Assembly (NCBI RefSeq): GCF_054482595.1
Contig: NZ_CM137008.1
Length of the DNA stretch: 64,000 nucleotides
Direction: 5' to 3' (one strand)
Shown: positions 44,278 to 53,827 of the stretch, piece after piece
How positions within the stretch are numbered: position 1 is the stretch's first letter
Layout of the letters: every line of letters begins with the position of its first letter
The notes under the pieces: model-generated
What the model saw: the letters and a program-made list of their open reading frames with translations, nothing else
Database searches by the model: none
What the model was told of the DNA's origin: nothing
Translations under genes and position numbers: made by a program

Positions 44278-46524
44278 ATGCTCACTCGCCTGCGCGAAAT
44301 AGTCGAAAAGGTAGCCAGCGCACCACGCCTGAATGAGGCGTTAAATATTCTGGTTACCGACATCTGTCTTGCGATGGATACCGAGGTCTGTTCGGTCTAC
44401 CTGGCCGATCATGATCGACGTTGTTACTACCTGATGGCGACCCGGGGGCTGAAAAAACCACGCGGTCGCACTGTAACGCTCGCGTTTGATGAAGGGATCG
44501 TCGGCCTGGTTGGCAGGCTGGCGGAACCGATAAACCTTGCAGATGCGCAAAAGCACCCCAGCTTCAAATACATCCCCTCCGTAAAAGAAGAACGTTTTCG
44601 CGCGTTTTTAGGCGTACCAATTATTCAACGTCGCCAGTTGCTTGGTGTACTGGTGGTACAGCAACGAGAGTTGCGCCAGTATGACGAAAGTGAAGAATCC
44701 TTCCTGGTGACGCTTGCCACCCAGATGGCAGCGATTCTTTCTCAGTCGCAGTTGACTGCCTTGTTTGGGCAATATCGCCAGACGCGAATCCGCGCATTAC
44801 CGGCAGCACCTGGTGTGGCGATTGCCGAAGGCTGGCAGGATGCCACGTTACCTTTAATGGAACAGGTGTATCAGGCATCAACGCTGGATCCGGCTCTGGA
44901 ACGCGAACGACTGACCGGGGCGCTGGAAGAAGCGGCAAACGAGTTTCGCCGCTACAGCAAACGCTTTGCCGCCGGTGCACAAAAAGAAACGGCGGCTATT
45001 TTCGATCTTTACTCGCACCTGCTTTCGGACACCCGGCTGCGTCGCGAATTGTTTGCCGAGGTTGATAAAGGCTCGGTGGCAGAATGGGCGGTAAAAACGG
45101 TCATTGAAAAATTTGCCGAACAGTTTGCCGCGCTAAGCGATAACTATCTCAAAGAGCGGGCTGGCGATTTACGTGCGCTGGGTCAGCGATTGCTGTTTCA
45201 TCTTGATGACGCTAATCAAGGGCCGAACGCCTGGCCGGAACGTTTCATTCTGGTGGCAGATGAACTGTCAGCGACAACTCTTGCTGAGCTGCCCCAGGAT
45301 CGCTTAGTCGGTGTTGTCGTGCGAGATGGCGCAGCCAACTCCCATGCTGCGATCATGGTACGTGCGCTGGGGATCCCTACCGTGATGGGCGCGGATATTC
45401 AGCCTTCGGTGCTGCATCGTCGGACGCTGATCGTCGATGGCTATCGCGGTGAATTGCTGGTCGATCCGGAGCCGGTACTGCTGCAAGAATATCAGCGGCT
45501 AATTAGTGAAGAGATTGAGCTTAGCCGTCTGGCGGAAGATGACGTCAATTTACCCGCGCAGTTAAAAAGCGGTGAGCGTATAAAAGTCATGCTCAATGCC
45601 GGTTTAAGCCCGGAACATGAAGAAAAACTGGGCAGCCGTATTGATGGCATCGGTCTTTATCGCACTGAAATCCCATTCATGCTGCAAAGTGGTTTTCCGT
45701 CGGAAGAAGAACAGGTGGCGCAGTATCAGGGGATGCTGCAAATGTTCAATGATAAACCCGTCACCTTGCGTACGCTGGATGTCGGAGCAGATAAGCAGCT
45801 GCCTTACATGCCGATCAGCGAAGAGAATCCATGCCTGGGTTGGCGTGGGATTCGCATTACGCTCGATCAGCCGGAGATCTTCTTGATCCAGGTGCGGGCG
45901 ATGCTGCGTGCTAATGCCGCTACGGGCAACCTGAATATTCTGTTGCCGATGGTCACCAGCCTCGATGAAGTTGACGAAGCACGCCGCCTGATTGAACGTG
46001 CCGGACGTGAAGTCGAGGAGATGATCGGTTACGAAATTCCCAAACCACGTATCGGCATCATGCTGGAAGTGCCGTCAATGGTATTTATGCTGCCGCATCT
46101 GGCAAAGCGGGTCGATTTCATCTCTGTTGGCACCAACGATCTGACTCAATACATTCTGGCCGTTGATCGCAACAATACCCGGGTGGCGAACATTTATGAC
46201 AGTCTTCATCCTGCAATGTTACGAGCTCTGGCGATGATCGCCCGGGAAGCGGAAATACATGGAATCGATCTCCGTTTGTGCGGTGAAATGGCGGGCGATC
46301 CCATGTGCGTGGCAATCCTCATTGGGCTTGGGTATCGCCATCTGTCTATGAACGGACGTTCTGTAGCGCGGGTAAAATACCTGCTGCGGCGCATTGATTA
46401 TGCCGAAGCAGAAAATCTTGCGCAGCGTAGTCTGGAAGCGCAACTGGCGACCGAAGTTCGCCATCAGGTTGCAGCCTTTATGGAGCGTCGCGGCATGGGC
46501 GGGCTGATTCGCGGAGGGTTATAG
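44278..46524 (+). CDS. ptsP: Phosphoenolpyruvate-protein phosphotransferase PtsP (EI-Ntr)
   Basis: 748 aa, GAF N-terminus plus enzyme I domain. Confidence 0.95.
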   Translation: MLTRLREIVEKVASAPRLNEALNILVTDICLAMDTEVCSVYLADHDRRCYYLMATRGLKKPRGRTVTLAFDEGIVGLVGRLAEPINLADAQKHPSFKYIPSVKEERFRAFLGVPIIQRRQLLGVLVVQQRELRQYDESEESFLVTLATQMAAILSQSQLTALFGQYRQTRIRALPAAPGVAIAEGWQDATLPLMEQVYQASTLDPALERERLTGALEEAANEFRRYSKRFAAGAQKETAAIFDLYSHLLSDTRLRRELFAEVDKGSVAEWAVKTVIEKFAEQFAALSDNYLKERAGDLRALGQRLLFHLDDANQGPNAWPERFILVADELSATTLAELPQDRLVGVVVRDGAANSHAAIMVRALGIPTVMGADIQPSVLHRRTLIVDGYRGELLVDPEPVLLQEYQRLISEEIELSRLAEDDVNLPAQLKSGERIKVMLNAGLSPEHEEKLGSRIDGIGLYRTEIPFMLQSGFPSEEEQVAQYQGMLQMFNDKPVTLRTLDVGADKQLPYMPISEENPCLGWRGIRITLDQPEIFLIQVRAMLRANAATGNLNILLPMVTSLDEVDEARRLIERAGREVEEMIGYEIPKPRIGIMLEVPSMVFMLPHLAKRVDFISVGTNDLTQYILAVDRNNTRVANIYDSLHPAMLRALAMIAREAEIHGIDLRLCGEMAGDPMCVAILIGLGYRHLSMNGRSVARVKYLLRRIDYAEAENLAQRSLEAQLATEVRHQVAAFMERRGMGGLIRGGL

Positions 46525-46674
46525 CGCGGATCATATACATATCTTTTAACGGTATCCGGCAACCAGCCAGGTCCCCTTGTGCTATTATTCGCACCTTTGG
46601 AGCGCCTGAAACCTGCGGCGCGCATTTCAATCGCTGTTCTCTTTCAGCGAAATAACAAGAACTTGTGGTGACAG

Positions 46675-47550
46675 ATGACCAGTAGCTATCTGCATTTTCC
46701 GGAGTTTGATCCGGTCATTTTCTCAATAGGACCCGTGGCGCTTCACTGGTACGGCCTGATGTATCTGGTGGGTTTCATTTTTGCAATGTGGCTGGCAACA
46801 CGTCGGGCGAATCGTCCGGGCAGCGGCTGGACCAAAAATGAAGTTGAAAACTTACTCTATGCGGGCTTCCTTGGCGTTTTCCTTGGCGGACGTATTGGGT
46901 ATGTTCTGTTCTACAACTTCCCGCAGTTTATGGCTGATCCGCTGTATCTGTTTCGCGTCTGGGACGGCGGCATGTCCTTCCATGGCGGCCTGATTGGCGT
47001 AATTGTGGTGATGATTATCTTCGCCCGCCGCACCAAACGTTCCTTCTTCCAGGTATCTGATTTTATAGCACCGCTCATTCCGTTTGGTCTTGGCGCCGGG
47101 CGTCTGGGCAACTTTATTAACGGTGAACTGTGGGGCCGCGTTGACCCGAACTTCCCGTTTGCCATGCTGTTCCCGGGCTCCCGTACCGAAGATATTCTGT
47201 TGCTGCAAAACAATCCGCAGTGGCAATCCATTTTTGATACTTACGGCGTGCTGCCTCGCCACCCGTCACAGTTGTACGAGCTGCTGCTGGAAGGTGTGGT
47301 GCTGTTTATTATCCTCAACCTGTATATTCGTAAAACGCGCCCGATGGGAGCCGTGTCTGGCTTGTTCCTGATTGGCTACGGCGCGTTTCGCATCATTGTT
47401 GAGTTTTTCCGCCAGCCCGACGCGCAGTTTACCGGTGCCTGGGTGCAGTACATCAGCATGGGGCAAATTCTTTCCATCCCGATGATTGTCGCGGGTGTGA
47501 TCATGATGGTCTGGGCATATCGTCGCAGCCCACAGCAACACGTTTCCTGA
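46675..47550 (+). CDS. lgt: Prolipoprotein diacylglyceryl transferase
   Basis: 291 aa. Confidence 0.95.
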   Translation: MTSSYLHFPEFDPVIFSIGPVALHWYGLMYLVGFIFAMWLATRRANRPGSGWTKNEVENLLYAGFLGVFLGGRIGYVLFYNFPQFMADPLYLFRVWDGGMSFHGGLIGVIVVMIIFARRTKRSFFQVSDFIAPLIPFGLGAGRLGNFINGELWGRVDPNFPFAMLFPGSRTEDILLLQNNPQWQSIFDTYGVLPRHPSQLYELLLEGVVLFIILNLYIRKTRPMGAVSGLFLIGYGAFRIIVEFFRQPDAQFTGAWVQYISMGQILSIPMIVAGVIMMVWAYRRSPQQHVS

Positions 47551-47556
47551 GGAACC

Positions 47557-48351
47557 ATGAAACAGTATTTAGAACTGATGCAAAAAGTGCTCGACGAAGG
47601 CACACAGAAAAACGACCGTACCGGAACCGGAACGCTTTCCATTTTTGGTCATCAGATGCGTTTTAACCTGCAGGATGGATTCCCGCTGGTGACAACTAAA
47701 CGTTGCCACCTACGTTCCATCATCCATGAACTGCTGTGGTTTCTGCAGGGCGACACTAACATTGCTTATCTACACGAAAACAATGTCACCATCTGGGACG
47801 AATGGGCCGATGAAAACGGCGACCTCGGGCCAGTGTATGGTAAACAGTGGCGCGCCTGGCCAACGCCAGATGGTCGTCATATTGACCAGATCACTACGGT
47901 ACTGAACCAGCTGAAAAACGACCCGGATTCGCGCCGCATTATTGTTTCAGCGTGGAACGTAGGCGAACTGGATAAAATGGCGCTGGCACCGTGCCATGCA
48001 TTCTTCCAGTTCTATGTGGCAGACGGCAAACTCTCTTGTCAGCTTTATCAGCGCTCCTGTGACGTCTTCCTCGGCCTGCCATTTAACATTGCCAGCTACG
48101 CGTTACTGGTGCATATGATGGCGCAGCAGTGCGATCTGGAAGTGGGTGATTTTGTCTGGACCGGTGGCGACACGCACCTGTACAGCAACCATATGGATCA
48201 AACTCATCTGCAATTAAGCCGCGAACCGCGTCCGCTGCCGAAGTTGATTATCAAACGTAAACCCGAATCCATCTTCGACTACCGTTTCGAAGACTTTGAG
48301 ATTGAAGGCTACGATCCGCATCCGGGCATTAAAGCGCCGGTGGCTATCTAA
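47557..48351 (+). CDS. thyA: Thymidylate synthase
   Basis: 264 aa; [36 protein letters not shown]... Confidence 0.95.
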
Positions 48352-48371
48352 TTACGAAACATCCTGCCAGA

Positions 48372-48398
48372 GCCGACGCTAGTGTGCGTCGGTTTTTT
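48372..48398 (+). terminator. Rho-independent terminator of thyA
   Basis: CCGACGCTAGTGTGCGTCGG followed by TTTTTTT. Confidence 0.6.
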
Positions 48399-48534
48399 TA
48401 CCCTCCGTTAAATTCTTCGAGACGCCTTCCCGAAATTTTGCAACGTCCTGCAACGGCGTAAATAGTCCGGAAGATGCGCCGAAGAAATAGAAACTGGCCC
48501 TCGTCTTTTTTTCTCCTTGCTCCATACTGCCGGC

Positions 48535-49005
48535 ATGAAAACACAACGTGGTTATACGCTGATTGAAACGCTGGTCGCGATGCTGATTTTGGTCATGCTA
48601 AGCGCAAGTGGACTCTATGGCTGGCAATACTGGCAGCAGTCGCAACGGCTTTGGCAAACCGCCAGCCAGGCGCGGGACTATTTGCTCTATTTACGTGAAG
48701 ATGCCAACTGGCATAACCGCGACCACAGTATCAGCGTTATCAGGGAGGGGACGTTATGGTGCCTTGTGAGTTCCGTTGCTGGGGCGAATACCTGTCATGG
48801 CAGTTCACCATTGGTCTTTGTGCCACGTTGGCCCGAAGTCGAAATGAGCGACCTGACACCTTCGCTTGCTTTCTTTGGCCTGCGCAATACCGCATGGGCC
48901 GGGCATATTCGCTTCAAAAACACAACGGGCGAGTGGTGGCTGGTGGTTTCGCCGTGGGGAAGACTCCGGCTTTGTCAGCAAGGAGAAACAGAAGGATGCC
49001 TGTAA
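48535..49005 (+). CDS. ppdA: Prepilin peptidase-dependent protein A
   Basis: 156 aa with type IV prepilin-like leader ([16 protein letters not shown]). Confidence 0.85.
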   Translation: MKTQRGYTLIETLVAMLILVMLSASGLYGWQYWQQSQRLWQTASQARDYLLYLREDANWHNRDHSISVIREGTLWCLVSSVAGANTCHGSSPLVFVPRWPEVEMSDLTPSLAFFGLRNTAWAGHIRFKNTTGEWWLVVSPWGRLRLCQQGETEGCL

Positions 49006-49559
49006 AAGAGCAAGGTTTTTCTCTGCTGGAAGTGTTGATTGCTATGGCGATCAGTAGCGTATTGTTGCTGGGGGCTGCACGCTTTCTGCCTGCGTTACAG
49101 CGTGAAAGTTTAACGAGCACCCGTAAGCTGGCGCTGGAAGATGAAATCTGGCTGCGGGTATTTACCGTCGCGAAGCATCTCCAGAGGGCGGGTTATTGTC
49201 ATGGCAGCTGTACCGGCGAAGGGCTGGAAATTGTCGGACAGGGTGACTGTATCATTGTGCAGTGGGATGCTAACAGTAACGGTATCTGGGATCGCGAACC
49301 GGTAAAAGAGTCTGACCAGATTGGATTTCGTCTGAAGGAGCATGTGCTGGAAACGCTACGCGGTGCGACATCCTGTGAAGGTAAGGGCTGGGATAAAGTC
49401 ACTAATCCGGATGCCATCATTATCGACACTTTTCAGGTCGTACGTCAGGATGTCAGCGGCTTCTCGCCGGTGTTGACGGTTAATATGCGTGCTGCCAGTA
49501 AGTCTGAACCGCAAACCGTGGTGGATGCCAGCTATAGCGTGACAGGATTCAACCTGTGA
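48996..49559 (+). CDS. ppdB: Prepilin peptidase-dependent protein B
   Basis: 187 aa with prepilin-like N-terminus ([15 protein letters not shown]). Confidence 0.85.
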   Translation: MPVKEQGFSLLEVLIAMAISSVLLLGAARFLPALQRESLTSTRKLALEDEIWLRVFTVAKHLQRAGYCHGSCTGEGLEIVGQGDCIIVQWDANSNGIWDREPVKESDQIGFRLKEHVLETLRGATSCEGKGWDKVTNPDAIIIDTFQVVRQDVSGFSPVLTVNMRAASKSEPQTVVDASYSVTGFNL

Positions 49560-49963
49560 ACCGCGAAAAAGGTGTTTCGTCACTGGCTCTGGTTCTGATG
49601 CTGCTGGTTTTGGGTAGCTTGCTATTGCAAGGAATGAGTCAGCAGGATCGCAGTTTTGCCTCTCGCGTGAGCATGGAAAGTCAGTCATTGCGCCGCCAGG
49701 CCATCGTTCAGTCGGCGCTGGCGTGGGGGAAAATGCACTCCTGGCAGACGCAGCCCGCAGTTCAGTGCTCGCAGTACGCTGGAACCGATGCCCGGGTTTG
49801 TTTGCGTTTACTGGCAGATAATGAAGCCTTATTGATTGCCGATTATGAAGGCGTTTCGTTGTGGCGAACAGGCGAAGTCATTGATGGAAACATTGTTTTT
49901 TCGCCACGCGGCTGGAGCGATTTTTGTCCGCTGAAAGAGAGGGCGTTATGTCAGCTTCCCTGA
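49556..49963 (+). CDS. ygdB: Conserved protein YgdB
   Basis: 135 aa. Confidence 0.85.
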   Translation: MNREKGVSSLALVLMLLVLGSLLLQGMSQQDRSFASRVSMESQSLRRQAIVQSALAWGKMHSWQTQPAVQCSQYAGTDARVCLRLLADNEALLIADYEGVSLWRTGEVIDGNIVFSPRGWSDFCPLKERALCQLP

Positions 49964-50271
49964 AGAATCAACAAGGCTTTAGCCTGCCGGAGGTAATGTT
50001 GGCGATGGTGTTGATGGTGATGATTGTCACTGCGTTATCGGGTTTCCAGCGAACATTAATGAACAGTCTTGCCAGCAGAAACCAGTACCAACAGCTCTGG
50101 CGGCATGGCTGGCAGCAAACGCAACTGCGCGCGATTTCGCCACCTGCCAACTGGCAGGTCAACCGAATGCAGACATCGCAGGCGGGATGTGTCAGCATCA
50201 GCGTTACGCTAGTTTCACCCGGGGGCAGAGAAGGCGAGATGACCCGCCTGCATTGCCCGAATCGTCAGTAG
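49948..50271 (+). CDS. ppdC: Prepilin peptidase-dependent protein C
   Basis: 107 aa, prepilin-like N-terminus ([15 protein letters not shown]). Confidence 0.85.
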   Translation: MSASLKNQQGFSLPEVMLAMVLMVMIVTALSGFQRTLMNSLASRNQYQQLWRHGWQQTQLRAISPPANWQVNRMQTSQAGCVSISVTLVSPGGREGEMTRLHCPNRQ

Positions 50272-50283
50272 TCAGGAGCCGCT

Positions 50284-53200
50284 ATGTTAAGGGTCTACCA
50301 TTCCAATCGTCTGGACGTGCTGGAAGCGTTGATGGAGTTTATTGTCGAACGCGAACGGCTGGACGATCCTTTCGAACCAGAGATGATTCTGGTGCAAAGT
50401 ACCGGTATGGCGCAGTGGCTGCAAATGACCCTGTCGCAAAAGTTTGGTATTGCGGCAAACATTGATTTTCCGCTGCCTGCGAGCTTTATCTGGGATATGT
50501 TCGTCCGGGTGTTACCGGAAATCCCCAAAGAGAGCGCCTTTAACAAACAGAGCATGAGCTGGAAACTGATGACTCTGCTGCCGCAATTGCTGGATCGCGA
50601 AGACTTTACCCTGTTGCGGCATTATCTGACTGACGATAGCGACAAGCGAAAACTGTTCCAGCTTTCTTCAAAAGCGGCGGACCTGTTTGACCAGTATCTG
50701 GTCTATCGTCCGGACTGGCTGGCACAGTGGGAAACAGGACATTTGGTTGAAGGGCTGGGAGAAGCACAGGCCTGGCAAGCGCCGTTGTGGAAGGCGTTGG
50801 TGGAATATACCCATCAACTCGGGCAACCGCGCTGGCACCGCGCCAATCTCTATCAGCGCTTTATCGAAACGCTGGAGTCCGCGACGACCTGCCCGCCGGG
50901 GTTACCTTCGCGCGTCTTTATATGCGGTATTTCCGCGTTACCGCCTGTTTATCTCCAGGCGCTCCAGGCGCTGGGTAAACATATTGAAATCCATCTCCTG
51001 TTTACCAACCCCTGCCGTTATTACTGGGGCGATATTAAAGATCCTGCTTATCTGGCGAAACTGCTGACTCGTCAGCGTCGACACAGTTTTGAAGATCGCG
51101 AATTGCCGCTATTTCGCGATAGCGAAAATGCCGGACAGCTCTTTAACAGCGACGGTGAACAGGATGTCGGCAACCCGCTACTGGCCTCCTGGGGCAAGTT
51201 GGGGCGCGACTATATCTATCTCCTTTCCGATCTGGATAGCAGTCAGGAGCTGGACGCCTTTGTCGATGTGATGCCAGATAACCTGCTGCATAACATTCAG
51301 TCTGACATTCTGGAACTGGAAAACCGCGCCGTTGCTGGTGTGAACATCGAAGAGTTTTCCCGTAGCGATAACAAACGCCCGCTTGATCCACTGGATAGCA
51401 GTATCACCTTCCACGTTTGCCATAGCCCGCAGCGTGAAGTTGAAGTTTTACACGATCGCCTGCTGGCGATGCTGGAGGAAGACCCGACACTTACTCCGCG
51501 CGACATCATCGTGATGGTGGCTGATATCGACAGCTACAGTCCGTTTATTCAGGCAGTGTTTGGTAGCGCACCTGCGGATCGTTACCTGCCTTACGCCATT
51601 TCCGACCGTCGTGCGCGGCAGTCACATCCGGTACTGGAAGCGTTTATCAGCCTGTTATCACTGCCTGACAGTCGCTTTGTGTCAGAGGATGTGCTGGCGC
51701 TGCTGGATGTGCCGGTGCTGGCGGCGCGGTTTGACATCACCGAAGAAGGGCTGCGTTATTTACGCCAGTGGGTCAACGAATCCGGCATTCGTTGGGGGAT
51801 AGATGACGACAACGTTCGCGAGCTGGAACTCCCCGCTACCGGTCAACACACCTGGCGGTTTGGCCTGACGCGCATGTTGCTGGGTTACGCGATGGAGAGC
51901 GCGCAGGGCGAGTGGCAATCGGTTCTACCTTATGATGAATCGAGCGGCTTAATTGCAGAACTGGTGGGGCATCTGGCTTCACTGCTAATGCAGCTAAACA
52001 TCTGGCGTCGCGGGCTGGCACAGGAGCGTCCGCTAGAAGAGTGGTTGCCGGTTTGTCGCGATATGCTCAACGCCTTCTTCCTGCCGGATGCGGAAACCGA
52101 AGCGGCGATGACGCTGATCGAACAACAATGGCAGGCGATTATCGCCGAAGGTTTAGGTGCGCAGTATGGCGACGCGGTGCCGCTGTCACTATTGCGTGAT
52201 GAACTGGCGCAGCGTCTGGATCAAGAACGTATCAGCCAGCGTTTTCTCGCCGGACCGGTTAACATTTGTACTCTGATGCCAATGCGTTCAATTCCGTTCA
52301 AAGTGGTTTGCCTGCTGGGAATGAACGACGGCGTTTATCCACGTCAGCTTGCGCCATTGGGCTTTGACCTGATGAGCCAGAAACCGAAGCGTGGCGACCG
52401 TAGCCGTCGCGATGACGACCGCTACCTGTTCCTGGAAGCGTTAATTTCCGCGCAGCAAAAACTCTATATCAGCTATATCGGGCGTTCCATTCAGGATAAC
52501 AGTGAACGTTTCCCGTCGGTACTGGTGCAGGAACTGATCGACTACATCGGGCAAAGTCATTATCTACCGGACGATGAAGCGCTCAACTGTGATGAAAGCG
52601 AGGCAAGGGTAAAAGCGCATCTTACTTGCCTCCATACCCGGATGCCGTTTGATCCACAAAACTACCAGCCAGGCGAACGACAAAGCTATGCTCGTGAATG
52701 GCTACCTGCGGCCAGCCAGGCTGGTAAAGCACATTCTGAATTTGTTCAGCCGCTGCCGTTTACCTTACCGGAAACCGTGCCGCTGGAAACGCTACAACGA
52801 TTCTGGGCACATCCGGTGCGGGCGTTCTTCCAGATGCGTTTGCAGGTGAACTTCCGTACTGAAGACAGCGAAATCCCCGACACCGAGCCATTTATTCTTG
52901 AAGGGCTTAGTCGTTATCAAATCAATCAGCAGTTATTGAATGCACTGGTTGAGCAGGATGATGCCGAACGCTTGTTCCGCCGCTTCCGGGCGGCAGGGGA
53001 TTTACCGTATGGCGCTTTTGGTGAAATTTTCTGGGAAACACAGTGCCAGGAGATGCAGCAGCTTGCCGACAGAGTCATTGCCTGTCGCCAGCCGGGGCAG
53101 AGTATGGAAATTGATCTCGCCTGCAACGGTGTGCAGATAACTGGCTGGTTGCCGCAGGTGCAGCCGGATGGCTTGTTGCGCTGGCGTCCCTCTTTATTAA

Positions 53201-53652
53201 GTGTGGCGCAGGGAATGCAACTTTGGCTGGAACACCTTGTCTACTGTGCCAGCGGTGGTAATGGTGAAAGTCGCCTTTTTCTACGCAAAGACGGCGAGTG
53301 GCGTTTTCCGCCGCTTGCAGCCGAACAGGCTTTGCATTACCTCTCACAACTGATTGAGGGGTATCGTGAAGGGATGTCCGCGCCATTGCTGGTGTTACCT
53401 GAAAGTGGCGGCGCGTGGCTAAAAACCTGTTATGACGCGCAAAACGATGCCATGCTGGATGACGATTCCACGTTGCAAAAAGCCCGTACGAAATTCCTTC
53501 AGGCTTACGAAGGCAACATGATGGTGCGTGGCGAAGGTGATGATATCTGGTATCAAAGGCTCTGGCGGCAATTAACACCAGAGACAATGGAGGCCATCGT
53601 TGAACAGTCGCAACGTTTCCTGTTACCGCTGTTTCGCTTTAATCAGTCATGA
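50284..53652 (+). CDS. recC: Exodeoxyribonuclease V subunit RecC
   Basis: 1122 aa. Confidence 0.95.
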   Translation: MLRVYHSNRLDVLEALMEFIVERERLDDPFEPEMILVQSTGMAQWLQMTLSQKFGIAANIDFPLPASFIWDMFVRVLPEIPKESAFNKQSMSWKLMTLLPQLLDREDFTLLRHYLTDDSDKRKLFQLSSKAADLFDQYLVYRPDWLAQWETGHLVEGLGEAQAWQAPLWKALVEYTHQLGQPRWHRANLYQRFIETLESATTCPPGLPSRVFICGISALPPVYLQALQALGKHIEIHLLFTNPCRYYWGDIKDPAYLAKLLTRQRRHSFEDRELPLFRDSENAGQLFNSDGEQDVGNPLLASWGKLGRDYIYLLSDLDSSQELDAFVDVMPDNLLHNIQSDILELENRAVAGVNIEEFSRSDNKRPLDPLDSSITFHVCHSPQREVEVLHDRLLAMLEEDPTLTPRDIIVMVADIDSYSPFIQAVFGSAPADRYLPYAISDRRARQSHPVLEAFISLLSLPDSRFVSEDVLALLDVPVLAARFDITEEGLRYLRQWVNESGIRWGIDDDNVRELELPATGQHTWRFGLTRMLLGYAMESAQGEWQSVLPYDESSGLIAELVGHLASLLMQLNIWRRGLAQERPLEEWLPVCRDMLNAFFLPDAETEAAMTLIEQQWQAIIAEGLGAQYGDAVPLSLLRDELAQRLDQERISQRFLAGPVNICTLMPMRSIPFKVVCLLGMNDGVYPRQLAPLGFDLMSQKPKRGDRSRRDDDRYLFLEALISAQQKLYISYIGRSIQDNSERFPSVLVQELIDYIGQSHYLPDDEALNCDESEARVKAHLTCLHTRMPFDPQNYQPGERQSYAREWLPAASQAGKAHSEFVQPLPFTLPETVPLETLQRFWAHPVRAFFQMRLQVNFRTEDSEIPDTEPFILEGLSRYQINQQLLNALVEQDDAERLFRRFRAAGDLPYGAFGEIFWETQCQEMQQLADRVIACRQPGQSMEIDLACNGVQITGWLPQVQPDGLLRWRPSLLSVAQGMQLWLEHLVYCASGGNGESRLFLRKDGEWRFPPLAAEQALHYLSQLIEGYREGMSAPLLVLPESGGAWLKTCYDAQNDAMLDDDSTLQKARTKFLQAYEGNMMVRGEGDDIWYQRLWRQLTPETMEAIVEQSQRFLLPLFRFNQS

Positions 53653-53827
53653 GTGCTGTATAAAAATTGCGCAATCTATCCGCTTACTTTATGATGCGCA
53701 CCAGTCACGGACTGATGGTTATATAAACATAGGCTGACTCGTGCAGCACAAGATTAAATTCTGGCAGATGATTTGCGTTAACCTGTTGAATCTGGCCAGA
53801 AAATAAAGTTGATTATGAGGTCCGTGA

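Noticed and set aside
53075..53587. 170-aa minus-strand ORF inside recC, with similar antisense ORFs inside recB, ptrA, ptsP and aas
   Set aside because: Fully nested antisense to well-supported long genes; typical chance ORFs.
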